From an uncultured Actinomycetota bacterium (GTDB lineage Bacteria; Actinomycetota; Actinomycetes; Streptosporangiales; Streptosporangiaceae): a DNA stretch of 64,000 bases. This document shows, piece by piece, positions 1 to 8,684 of this stretch (position 1 is its first letter; every line of letters starts with the position of its first letter). The stretch lies in NCBI GenBank assembly GCA_963729365.1, contig CAVSNQ010000008.1:66632-130631 (forward strand), in the 5' to 3' direction. The notes beneath the pieces are model-generated. The model saw only the letters and a list, made by a program, of their open reading frames with translations. It made no database searches and was not told where the DNA came from. The position numbers and the translations under genes are program-made.

Positions 1-556
1 CGCGGACCAGCGTGACCCAGTGCTCCTCCTTGAACAATCCGGCGGCCCAGCCGGCCGGAACCACGATCAGGTCGGCGCCCCGGGCCGCCAGGGCCCGCGC
101 GTGTTCCGGGAACCGGATGTCGTAGCAGATCAGTATCCCGACCCGGAGCCCGCCCAGGTCGGCGAGCACGGGCTCGTCGCCCGGCGCGATGCGCTCCGAC
201 TCGCGCTGGCCGAGCGCGTCGAACAGATGGATCTTCCGGTAGGCCGCGGCCAGCCGCCCGCGGGCGTCGAACGCGACGGCGGTGTTGTAGACCCGGCCGT
301 CCGGGCCGGGCTCGAAGACCCCGGCGATCACGGCGATTCCGTGCTCGCGCGCGGCTCCGGACAGGCCGCTGCAGAACGCGCCGTCGGTAGGTTCCGCGGC
401 GGCCTGCAGGTCGGTCCCGAAGCGCGCTTGCGTCCCTTCCGGGAAGACCGCAAGCTCAGCGCCGGCGGCGGCCGCGTCGGCCAGGGCCGCCTTGGCCCGG
501 CCGAGATTGACGGCCGGATCGGAGCTGACCGGTACCTGGCAGAGGGCGACCCGCAT
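1..556 (-). CDS. carbon-nitrogen hydrolase (nitrilase superfamily), C-terminal part cut by window edge
   Basis: My own minus-strand translation from ATG at 556 gives MRVALCQVPVSSDPAVNLGRAKAALADAAAAGAELAVFPEG...AAYRKIHLF...GILICYDIRFPEHARALAARGADLIVVPAGW. It carries the Glu (FPEG), Lys (YRKIHLF) and Cys (CYDIRFPE) motifs of the nitrilase superfamily. It is absent from the ORF track because it runs off the window. Confidence 0.8.
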   Translation of the reverse strand, partial: MRVALCQVPVSSDPAVNLGRAKAALADAAAAGAELAVFPEGTQARFGTDLQAAAEPTDGAFCSGLSGAAREHGIAVIAGVFEPGPDGRVYNTAVAFDARGRLAAAYRKIHLFDALGQRESERIAPGDEPVLADLGGLRVGILICYDIRFPEHARALAARGADLIVVPAGWAAGLFKEEHWVTLVR

Positions 557-673
557 GTCCGCAGCGTATGGCACGGGGCGCGGCAGCCGCACCGGAGGCC
601 TGCCGGGAAGGGCCGCGAGCGCGCTGACGAGCGCCGCAGCCCTTCCCGGGCCCCCGCTATCGCCCCGGCCTGG

Positions 674-991
674 TTACCGCGGCGAGGATCCGCCGGCCAC
701 GACCGGGCCGCCGATGGGTTCTAGGCCGTCCCCCGCGGGCTGGCCGGCGTCCCAGGCCCGGGTCCGGTTCTGGCTCACTGGCACGGCCCGGCACGCGTGC
801 CGTCCGACGCCCACGGCGCGGAACGCCAGCAGCTTCCGGGCGGCGCGGTCGAGCGGTCCTGGCGCACCGGCGGCGATGCTGCGCGCGCGGTCCTCGTGCC
901 TGCTGGCCAGGGTGACGAGCAGTACGGCGGCGAGCGGCACGCCCGTGATCATGACGGCGATGGCGGTAAGCAGAATGATCATCACGTTCAC
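674..991 (-). CDS. hypothetical small membrane protein
   Basis: Inner part of ORF 674..1084(-). GTG/ATG starts at 991/982 follow GGGAAG. One N-terminal hydrophobic helix (MIILLTAIAVMITGVPLAAVLLVTLA). Third codon positions are GC-rich. No recognisable family. Confidence 0.35.
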   Translation of the reverse strand: MNVMIILLTAIAVMITGVPLAAVLLVTLASRHEDRARSIAAGAPGPLDRAARKLLAFRAVGVGRHACRAVPVSQNRTRAWDAGQPAGDGLEPIGGPVVAGGSSPR

Positions 992-1130
992 TTCCCGAGG
1001 GCTACCATCAGGCCGATGTTGCCACTGATTAGACTCATACCAACCAGTGGTGCGTTTAAAACCGGCCGGCTGGGTAGATTCCACCTATCCAGATGGTGAG
1101 AATCATGGGTATGAGTTAGGAGCCGGTGAC

Positions 1131-1907
1131 GTGGCCCATGCGCGGTACCAGCAGATCGCGGATCGCCTCCGCGACCAGATCACCCGCGGCGTGTTCGGGC
1201 CGGGCGAGCGCCTGCCCAGCGAGCCCGACCTGATCGAGGAGTACCAGGCGTCGAGGAACACGGTCCGGCTGGCCATAGCGCTGCTCACCAACCAGGGCCT
1301 GGTGGTGACCAGGCAGGGCCTGGGCACGTTCGTTCAGCAGCCGACCAGGCCGTTCACTGCCCTGCTGTCGCGGGTGAACGTCTCGCCCGGCGAGCAGCAC
1401 GCGGACACCGCGCTGCCGGTCGTCGGCGAGGCGGCCGACCAGCCGGAGCGGGCCAGCTCGGTCGTTGTGGAGACCGCCGAGGCCACGGCGAGCGTCGCGG
1501 CGAGCCTCGACATCAAGCTGGGCGACCCGGTGGTCGTCCGCCGGTCCCAGCGTTACCTCGGCGAGGTGCCCTGGCTGCTCGTGGCCTCCTTCTTCCCGAT
1601 GGACCTGGCCAGCGGGACCGCGCTGGAGCAGGCGGGCAGCATCGAGCAGGGCAGCATCAAGCTGCTGGCCGACCTCGGCTACCCACAGCAGGGCTTCCGG
1701 GATGAGATCGCCGCGCGGATGCCGGACGCGCGCGAGTTTCAGTTCTTCGGGCTGACCACCGGGACGCCCGTGGTCGTCGTCGGCCGGACGGCCTACGGCA
1801 TGTCCAGGCCGATCAGGCTGACCCGCTACGTCTACCGCGCCGACCGGGTCAGGCTGGCCCACGAGGTGGCCACGATCCCGGAAAAGTACCAGGACGCTCC
1901 CCGCTGA
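1131..1907 (+). CDS. GntR-family transcriptional regulator, HutC/UTRA subfamily
   Basis: ORF 1047..1907. N-terminal winged HTH: YQQIADRLRDQITRGVFGPGERLPSEPDLIEEYQASRNTVRLAIALLTNQGLVVTRQGLGTFV. The C-terminal domain is UTRA-like. In-frame GTG at 1131 is the likely start (ORF opens at 1047). Confidence 0.85.
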   Translation: MAHARYQQIADRLRDQITRGVFGPGERLPSEPDLIEEYQASRNTVRLAIALLTNQGLVVTRQGLGTFVQQPTRPFTALLSRVNVSPGEQHADTALPVVGEAADQPERASSVVVETAEATASVAASLDIKLGDPVVVRRSQRYLGEVPWLLVASFFPMDLASGTALEQAGSIEQGSIKLLADLGYPQQGFRDEIAARMPDAREFQFFGLTTGTPVVVVGRTAYGMSRPIRLTRYVYRADRVRLAHEVATIPEKYQDAPR

Positions 1908-2082
1908 GCCGCCCGCCTTCCCGTTAGCGCGCCGGACACCCCGGAAGCCTGGACCGCGATCGAGCGACTCGGCCGTCACCTCATCGCGCGCTTTTCCTGC
2001 AGGCCAGTGCCGCAGGCCTAGCCGCGCCGGCGCCGCAGCGCGAGTCGGCCGCCTATTCCCTGGCGACCAGGCCAGATATTGT

Positions 2083-2688
2083 GTGCGCGTGATCGCGCTT
2101 CTGTTCGCTGCGGTCGCGGTAGGGCTGTCGAACCTGGCCGCGTCGATCAGCATCGGCGTGACAGGCGTGACCGCCCGCACCCGGCTGCAGGTCGGCCTGG
2201 TCTTCGGCGCCTTCGAGGCCGGGATGCCGATAGTCGGGCTGCTGATCGGCCAGCGCTTCGCTACCGACCTCGGCCAGGCGGTGCGCTGGCCAGGCGCCAT
2301 CCTGCTGATGATTGTCGGCGCGTCCGGCCTGGTGCGGTCGCTTCGGGACAGCCGCAAGAACCCGGCCGACGCCGGGCCCCGCGGCGATGCTTTGAGCCGC
2401 GAAGCACCGAACCTCTCCGCTGGTCCGCCTCCGCGGCTCGGCCGTCTCCTGGCCAGCGGCCTGGTGCTCAGCCTGGACAACCTGGTCGTCGGCTTCGCGC
2501 TCGGCACCTATCAAGTCAGCGTCGTGGTCGGCGCGGTCCTGATCGGGGCGGTCAGCGTGGCCATGTCGCTGGCCGGCCTGGAACTCGGCGGCATGCTCGG
2601 CCGGTGGGTCGGCCGGCGCAGTGAGCAGATGAGCGGCGTGATCCTGATCCTGGTCGGCGCGGCCATCGCCGGCGGAGCCTTAAGCTAG
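2083..2688 (+). CDS. mntP: manganese efflux pump MntP family protein
   Basis: ORF 2083..2688. Two-repeat polytopic membrane protein: LSNLAASISIGVTG...FEAGMPIVGLLIG in the first half and LSLDNLVVGFALG...GLELGGMLG in the second, as in MntP/DUF204. Confidence 0.8.
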   Translation: MRVIALLFAAVAVGLSNLAASISIGVTGVTARTRLQVGLVFGAFEAGMPIVGLLIGQRFATDLGQAVRWPGAILLMIVGASGLVRSLRDSRKNPADAGPRGDALSREAPNLSAGPPPRLGRLLASGLVLSLDNLVVGFALGTYQVSVVVGAVLIGAVSVAMSLAGLELGGMLGRWVGRRSEQMSGVILILVGAAIAGGALS

Positions 2689-2693
2689 CCCGG

Positions 2694-2753
2694 CACCTTG
2701 ATCGTCAAGCTCGCCCAGCACCTTGATCGTCAAGCTCGCCCAGCACCTTGATC
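2694..2753. repeat. 25-bp perfect tandem repeat, 2.4 copies (CACCTTGATCGTCAAGCTCGCCCAG)
   Basis: Read directly: units at 2694-2718 and 2719-2743, partial unit at 2744-2753. It starts 6 nt after the mntP stop codon. Confidence 0.9.
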
Positions 2754-2882
2754 CTCGCGACTTCTCACGCGCCCCAGTCATTTTGGCGGTGAATATGTCT
2801 GGAATGTCTTATGGGGCGAGTGAGGAGTTGAGTTGATCACGGCTAGGGGGCCCAGCGTGGCGGCACGGACGGGGACGGGCGG

Positions 2883-3074
2883 CTACTCCTCTAGGCGGAG
2901 GGCGGCCTTGGGGCACGACATGACCGCGTGCCGCACCGCGTCGGCCAGGCCGGGAGGGACCTCCGCCACCTGAATGTGCAGCTCGTCCTCGTCATCTACC
3001 TCGAACACCTCTGGCACCAGGCCCGCGCAAACCGCGTTGGCCTCGCAGGCGTCGCGGTCGACAGCTACCTTCAC
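2883..3074 (-). CDS. small ferredoxin (single-cluster, P450-associated type)
   Basis: ORF 2883..3191(-). From GTG at 3074: VKVAVDRDACEANAVCAGLVPEVFEVDDEDELHIQ...AVMSCPKAALRLEE. The CxxxxxC...CP cysteine pattern and roughly 63-aa size match actinobacterial 3Fe-4S ferredoxins. Confidence 0.7.
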   Translation of the reverse strand: MKVAVDRDACEANAVCAGLVPEVFEVDDEDELHIQVAEVPPGLADAVRHAVMSCPKAALRLEE

Positions 3075-3098
3075 GAGTCTCCCTGAATTCCGCAGTAG

Positions 3099-3803
<705 letters not shown>

Positions 3804-3854
3804 ACGGCACGCGAGCCGGGGCGAGTGCGGGTCCACCGTCCGGCCGCGCCGGGC

Positions 3855-3986
3855 GGTCCGGCCTGTGCGTCAGACGGTGCCGGCCTGTGCGCCCGGCGGT
3901 GCCGGCCTGTGCGTCAGACGGTGCCGGCCTGTGCGTCAGACGGTGCCGGCCTGTGCGTCAGACGCTGCCGGCCTGTGCGTCAGACG
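3855..3986. repeat. 22-bp tandem repeat, 6 copies (GTGCCGGCCTGTGCGTCAGACG)
   Basis: Read directly: units start at 3855, 3877, 3899, 3921, 3943 and 3965. Copies 3-5 are identical, copy 2 is diverged. The last copy holds the TGA stop (3980-3982, minus strand) of the prenyltransferase-like gene. Confidence 0.9.
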
Positions 3987-5137
3987 GAGTGGCCGACGTC
4001 GCGGACGGCCTGGCCTTCCGGCTCTTCGCATCCGCAGGCGGCGGCGTCGACGGGCGAGCCGACGGCCCACCGGGCCGCCGCGGCCGCGAAGATCCCCGAT
4101 CCGCCGCTGGCTCCGGACAGCGCGTCGGCGGCCAGGATGACCGCGGCCGCGGTCCAGCTGCTCTGCTCGTTGGGGAAGTGCGTCCGGTTGGCGAACTGCC
4201 AGCCGGTCCAGTAGCTGCCGTCCGGGTCGCGCAGATGCTGCACCTGCTCGAACAGCTCAAGGGCACGGGAGTGATCGCCGATCACGTCGAGGGCCAGAGC
4301 GAGCTCGCAGGTCTCGGCTCCGGTGACCCAGGGCTGATCGCTGACGCACCTGATGCCCAGGCCGGGCACGACGAACGTGTCCCAGCCCGCCGCCAGGCGC
4401 GCGGCCGCCGCGCGGCCCCGCAACGGCCCGCCGAGCACCGGGTAGTACCAGTCCATCGAGAACCTGCTCTTGTCGGCGAACGCCTCGGGATGGCAGGCCA
4501 CCGCGTGCCCAAGCTGCCCGGCCGCGAGCTCCCAGTCCGGCTGCGGCTCGCCGATGTACTCGGCGAGCGCGATCGCGCAGCGCAGCGCGTGATGCATGCT
4601 GGAACTGCCGGTCAGCAGCGCATAGGAAGCAGGCGTGCCATCGGCTCGGCGTTGCCAGATGATCTCACCGCGCGGCTGCTGCAGCCCGAGCGCGAACTCG
4701 ATCCCCTTGCGCACCACCGGCCACATTCGCTGGACGAACGCGTCGTCGCGGGTGACCTGGAGCTCGTGCCAGACTCCGACCGCGGCGTAGGCGGCGTGGT
4801 TGCTCTCCACCGCGTCATCGATGACCGCGCCGTCCGCGGCCAGCTTCGGCCACGACCCGTCCGGCTGCTGGGCGGCCCGCAGCCATTCGTAGCCGCGCCG
4901 CGCGGCACCGCGAAGCCCGCACACGCTCAGCGCCATCACGCACTCGACGTGGTTCCAGGCGTCGACGTGGCCGTCCGGCCAGCCGATCGCGCCCTCGCGC
5001 TGCTGCACGGCGGCGATGCTGTGGCCCGTGGCCAGGACCTGGTCGGCGGTCAGGATTCCCGGAACCGAAGGCAGCCAGGCATGGTCCGTGCTGGGGCGGG
5101 CCAGGCTCGAGCCAGCCAGGCTCTCAGGCCGCCGCAT
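3980..5137 (-). CDS. prenyltransferase / squalene-hopene-cyclase-repeat (terpenoid cyclase fold) protein
   Basis: ORF 3980..5275(-), probable start ATG 5137. Recurrent QxxDGSW-type repeats (AAQQPDGSWP, QQPRGEIIWQ, LRDPDGSYWTGW) are typical of the alpha/alpha-toroid prenyltransferase fold. It overlaps the stop of the upstream methyltransferase gene. Confidence 0.7.
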   Translation of the reverse strand: MRRPESLAGSSLARPSTDHAWLPSVPGILTADQVLATGHSIAAVQQREGAIGWPDGHVDAWNHVECVMALSVCGLRGAARRGYEWLRAAQQPDGSWPKLAADGAVIDDAVESNHAAYAAVGVWHELQVTRDDAFVQRMWPVVRKGIEFALGLQQPRGEIIWQRRADGTPASYALLTGSSSMHHALRCAIALAEYIGEPQPDWELAAGQLGHAVACHPEAFADKSRFSMDWYYPVLGGPLRGRAAAARLAAGWDTFVVPGLGIRCVSDQPWVTGAETCELALALDVIGDHSRALELFEQVQHLRDPDGSYWTGWQFANRTHFPNEQSSWTAAAVILAADALSGASGGSGIFAAAAARWAVGSPVDAAACGCEEPEGQAVRDVGHSV

Positions 5138-5930
5138 GTGCCTCCTCAGGCTGCGCCGACTCGGCGGCTCCCGTGCTGCGGCCGGCGTCCTCGTCGTCGC
5201 CGGCGTCCGCAGCGCCCGCGGCCGGCTTGGCCGCGTAGATGACGACGCTCTTGCCGATGACCGGATTGAGCGCACGGTCGGCCAGCCGCATGATCGCGGG
5301 TTGCTTCATGATCTCCCAGACCAGCAGCCGGTGGTAGGCCCGGGCCAGCGGGTGGTCGTCGTCGTGCACGCCGACCGCGCATTTCAGCCACCAGTACGGC
5401 GCGTGCAGCGCGTGGGCGTGGTGGTGCCCGCCGACGGACAGGCCAGCCCGGGTCAGCTTGGTCTCGAGCTCGCCGCGAGTGAAAATCCGCAGGTGGCCGC
5501 CGGGCACGGTGTGGTAGTCGTCGGACAGCCGCCAGCAGATCCGCTCCGGCAGCCAGGCCGGGACGGTGACGGCGGCCACACCGCCCGGCCGCAGCACCCG
5601 GGCGATCTCGTTCATGCCGGCCTGGTCGGCCGGGATGTGCTCAAGCACCTCGGCGGCGATCACCCGGTTAAAGCAGCCGTCAGGAAACGGCATCGCGGTG
5701 GCGTCGCCCGCCACCGCCTGCGCGGATGCGCCGGCCGGAACCTCGCCCGCCTCGCTCATCGCCGCGAACATGGCCGCCACCTGCCGCAGCTCGCCCTCGT
5801 CGGTGTCCAGCGCGACCACGTCCGCACCGCGGCGCAGTGCCTCGAACGCGTGCCGGCCAGCACCGCAGCCCAGGTCGAGCACGCGGTCACCGGGACCGAC
5901 AGGAAACCGGGAGAAGTCGACGGTCAGCAC
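5124..5930 (-). CDS. class I SAM-dependent methyltransferase (Methyltransf_11-like)
   Basis: ORF 5124..5930(-): VLDLGCGAGRHAFEALRRGADVVALD (motif I), FNRVIAAEVLEHIP, VLRPGGVAAVTVP. GTG start overlaps the stop of the GT4 gene. Confidence 0.85.
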   Translation of the reverse strand: MLTVDFSRFPVGPGDRVLDLGCGAGRHAFEALRRGADVVALDTDEGELRQVAAMFAAMSEAGEVPAGASAQAVAGDATAMPFPDGCFNRVIAAEVLEHIPADQAGMNEIARVLRPGGVAAVTVPAWLPERICWRLSDDYHTVPGGHLRIFTRGELETKLTRAGLSVGGHHHAHALHAPYWWLKCAVGVHDDDHPLARAYHRLLVWEIMKQPAIMRLADRALNPVIGKSVVIYAAKPAAGAADAGDDEDAGRSTGAAESAQPEEAHAAA

Positions 5931-7408
5931 GGCGAGGCCCCGGGCCGAGGCGCGGCCGCGTCGATCGCGCGGAGGTACTGGTCCACAGTGGCCCGGGCCA
6001 CCGCGGGCCAGGCAAAGCGCTCCTGGACCCGGCGCAGGGCCAGCGCGGACAGCCGCTCGCGCTCCGCGGCCGAGTCATGCAGCATCCGCAGCGCCGCGGC
6101 CAGCTCCTCGGGGTCGCCTGGCGTGACCAGGAGCGCCGCGTCGCCGGTCACCTCGGGCAGCGCCCCAGTCCGGCTGGCGATCAGCGGCGTGCCCGAGGCC
6201 ATGTGCTCGACCGCGGGCAGCGAGAACCCCTCATACAGCGACGGCACTACCGCGATCTCCGCGGTCGCGATGAACTCGGCCAGTTCGGTATCGCTGATCC
6301 CGCTGACGAACCGGACCTTGTCGCCGAGGGCCAGCTCGGCGACGAGCCGTTCGGTCGGGCCGCCGGAAGCGGGCTTGCCGACCACGGTCAGGACCGCGTT
6401 GCGCTCCGTGGCGAGCTTGGCCACCGCGCGCAGCAGCGTCGAGATGCCCTTCACGGGGGAGTCGGCGCTGGCCACGGCCACGATCCGGCCGGGCACGCGC
6501 GGCGCCTGCCTGGGGTGGAACAGGCGGGTGTCCACCCCAAGCGGGATCACGTGCACGCTGGACCTGGGCACCTTGAAGTCGCGGCAGATGTCGTCGCGGG
6601 AGGATTCGGAACCGGTCAGCACCGGCCCGACGCGGCGGGCGACCCGGGCCTGCATCCGGACGAATCCGTACCACCGGCGCTTGGACAGCCGGGACAGGCG
6701 CCTGGCCGCGGCGAGCTCGATCCGCCGGTCCACGCTGATCGGGTGGTGGATGCTGGTGACCAGCGGCAGGTCCAGGCGGGCGATGCGGAGCATGCCGTAG
6801 GCCAGGACCTGGTTGTCGTGCACGATGTCGAAGTCACCGCGGCGCGCGCGCAGGGCGCGCAGGGCGCGCAGGCTGAAGGTCAGCGGCTCGGGAAAGGCCC
6901 CGGTCCACATCGAGGCGACCTCGAGCACGTCGATCCAGTCGCGGTACTCGCTCGGGCGCGGGGTGCGGAACGGGTCCGGTTCCCGGTACAGGTCCAGGCT
7001 CGGCAGAGTGCGCAGCAGCGGCCCGGGCTCAAGCTCCGGGTACGGCTGGCCGGAGAACACCTCGACATGATGACCGAGCGCGGCCAGCTCACGCGACAGG
7101 TGCCGCAGGTAGATTCCCTGGCCGCCGCAATGCGGCTTGCTACGGTAGGACAGCAGCGCGACGCGCAGCTTCCGGTCGGCAGCGCCCGCGGGTCCGGGGG
7201 TCGCGTCCCGGGCTGGCCGCGGCGGGGGTCCGGGGGTGGCGTCCGCGGTTGGCCATGGCGCGGGTCCGGGGGTGGCGTCCGCGGTTGGCCATGGCGCGGG
7301 TCCGAGGGTGGCGTCCCGGGTTGGCCGCGGCGGGGGTCCGGAGGTCACCCTCCGGGTTGGCAGCGGCGGGGGTCCGGGGGTCGCCCCCCGGGTTGGCACA
7401 GTGCTCAC
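5924..7408 (-). CDS. glycosyltransferase family 4 (GT-B fold) with repeat-rich Pro/Thr N-terminal extension
   Basis: ORF 5924..7408(-): LRVALLSYRSKPHCGGQGIYLRHLSRELAALGHHVEVFSG, then C-terminal VPSLYEGFSLPAVEHMASGTPLIASRTGALPEV (the EX7E-like region of GT4). The only in-frame canonical starts lie upstream of the 36-bp repeats. Confidence 0.85.
   Translation of the reverse strand: MSTVPTRGATPGPPPLPTRRVTSGPPPRPTRDATLGPAPWPTADATPGPAPWPTADATPGPPPRPARDATPGPAGAADRKLRVALLSYRSKPHCGGQGIYLRHLSRELAALGHHVEVFSGQPYPELEPGPLLRTLPSLDLYREPDPFRTPRPSEYRDWIDVLEVASMWTGAFPEPLTFSLRALRALRARRGDFDIVHDNQVLAYGMLRIARLDLPLVTSIHHPISVDRRIELAAARRLSRLSKRRWYGFVRMQARVARRVGPVLTGSESSRDDICRDFKVPRSSVHVIPLGVDTRLFHPRQAPRVPGRIVAVASADSPVKGISTLLRAVAKLATERNAVLTVVGKPASGGPTERLVAELALGDKVRFVSGISDTELAEFIATAEIAVVPSLYEGFSLPAVEHMASGTPLIASRTGALPEVTGDAALLVTPGDPEELAAALRMLHDSAAERERLSALALRRVQERFAWPAVARATVDQYLRAIDAAAPRPGASPC
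7191..7406. repeat. 36-bp tandem repeat, 6 copies, coding 12-aa units (PTxDATPGPxPx)
   Basis: The GGTCCGG(G/A)GG landmark recurs at 7191, 7227, 7263, 7299, 7335 and 7371, exactly 36 bp apart. It lies in frame within the 5' end of the GT4 ORF. Confidence 0.9.
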
Positions 7409-7582
7409 GCAGGTTTGCCTCCTCGTCTGCCGCTGGCCGCCAGCTTGCTAGAAGGCGTGCCCGCGTGACCCCCTAAGCAGCGAACATTACCAGGCGGTAC
7501 CTTGCGTACTCTTGCGCCCCATACGTAAGCACGCAAGAGTGCTCACGGGCTCCGGTGTCGGTAAGCTGCCGCGACGTGACCG

Positions 7583-8662
7583 ATGGTCCGCCGCGGTCGC
7601 GGCCGCCCGAGAGATGGGGAGATTCCGCTGACACGACGCGCCCTGATCACCGGCATCACCGGCCAGGATGGCTCCTACCTGGCCGAGCATCTGCTTGCCC
7701 AGGGGTATGAGGTCTGGGGCCTGGTCCGGGGCCAGGCGAACCCGAGGGTCCGCCGGGTGCGCCAGCTCCTCGGCGACGTCCGCCTGGTCCGCGGCGACCT
7801 GCTCGACCAGGGCAGCCTGATCTCGGCGGTCGAGCGGGTGCAGCCCGACGAGGTCTACAACCTGGGCGCGATCTCGTACGTGCCGATGTCCTGGCAGCAG
7901 GCCGAGCTGACCGGCGAGGTCACCGGCCTCGGCGTGCTGCGGGTGCTCGAGGCGATCCGGGTGTGCAGCGGGATCAACGCGTCACGGAGCCCTTCGCACG
8001 GCCAGATCCGGTTCTACCAGGCCTCGTCGTCGGAGATGTTCGGGAAGGTGCGGGAGTCGCCGCAGACCGAGCAGACCCCGTTCCATCCCCGCAGTCCCTA
8101 CGGCGTGGCCAAGGCCTACGGGCACCACCTGACCCAGAACTACCGCGAGTCCTACGGCATGTTCGCGGTATCCGGCATCCTGTTCAACCACGAGTCGCCG
8201 CGCCGGGGGGCGGAGTTCGTCACTCGCAAGGTGTCGCTCGGCGTCGCCAAGATCAAGCTCGGCTACGAGCGGCAGCTGCGCCTGGGCAACCTGGGGGCCA
8301 GCCGGGACTGGGGGTTCGCCGGTGACTACGTGCGGGCCATGCACCTGATGCTGGGCCGGGACGAGCCCGCCGACTACGTGGTGGGGACGGGGGTCACGCA
8401 CGGCGTCGGCGAGCTGGTGGAGCTGGCGTTCGGGGTGGTGGGCCTGGACTGGCGGGACCACGTGGTGACCGACGCCGCGTTCATCAGGCCCGCCGAGGTG
8501 GACCGGCTGTGCGCGAACCCGGCCAAGGCGGCCAGCGAGCTCGGCTGGGAGCCGAAGATCGGCTTCGAGGAGCTGGTCGCGATGATGGTCGAGGCCGACG
8601 TGAAGCTGCTCACCGAGTCCGGCGGGCACGCCGAGGAGTCGTTCGGATCTGACGCCTGGTGA
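7583..8662 (+). CDS. gmd: GDP-mannose 4,6-dehydratase
   Basis: ORF 7583..8662: ALITGITGQDGSYLAEHLL, FYQASSSEMFG, SPYGVAKAYGHHLTQNYRESYGMF, GILFNHESPRRG, LGNLGASRDWGFAGDYV. These are classic Gmd motifs. Confidence 0.9.
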   Translation: MVRRGRGRPRDGEIPLTRRALITGITGQDGSYLAEHLLAQGYEVWGLVRGQANPRVRRVRQLLGDVRLVRGDLLDQGSLISAVERVQPDEVYNLGAISYVPMSWQQAELTGEVTGLGVLRVLEAIRVCSGINASRSPSHGQIRFYQASSSEMFGKVRESPQTEQTPFHPRSPYGVAKAYGHHLTQNYRESYGMFAVSGILFNHESPRRGAEFVTRKVSLGVAKIKLGYERQLRLGNLGASRDWGFAGDYVRAMHLMLGRDEPADYVVGTGVTHGVGELVELAFGVVGLDWRDHVVTDAAFIRPAEVDRLCANPAKAASELGWEPKIGFEELVAMMVEADVKLLTESGGHAEESFGSDAW

Positions 8663-8684
8663 CCGGGCCGGCCAGGCAGGCCGC

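Noticed and set aside
1131-1907. Calling the GntR/UTRA regulator hutC.
   Set aside because: It belongs to the HutC/FarR subfamily by architecture, but it lies 19 kb from hutU and next to unrelated genes (nitrilase-like, mntP). The subfamily is large, so no specific symbol is assigned.
1908-2082. Possible yybP-ykoY (Mn) riboswitch in the 175-nt leader of mntP.
   Set aside because: I could not find the conserved GGGGAGUAG-type and paired distal conserved segments by eye on the sense strand. A covariance-model scan would be needed, so it is not reported as a feature.
1116-2507. Long ORFs antisense to or overlapping clear genes. Examples: 1116..2507(-), 3545..5242(+), 5016..6800(+), 11103..13796(+), 19411..22236(-), 34538..36787(-), 46752..48938(+), 48935..50845(-), 57307..59214(-).
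   Set aside because: Their translations are Arg/Pro/Gly/Ala-dominated with no motifs. Each lies opposite a gene with unmistakable family signatures. This is the usual stop-codon-poor antisense artefact of high-GC DNA.
3855-3986. CRISPR array, given the regular 22-bp repeats. The same question applies to the 25-, 36- and 21-bp arrays.
   Set aside because: The units are directly abutting with no unique spacers, they are shorter than CRISPR repeats, and no cas genes are nearby. These are plain tandem repeats.
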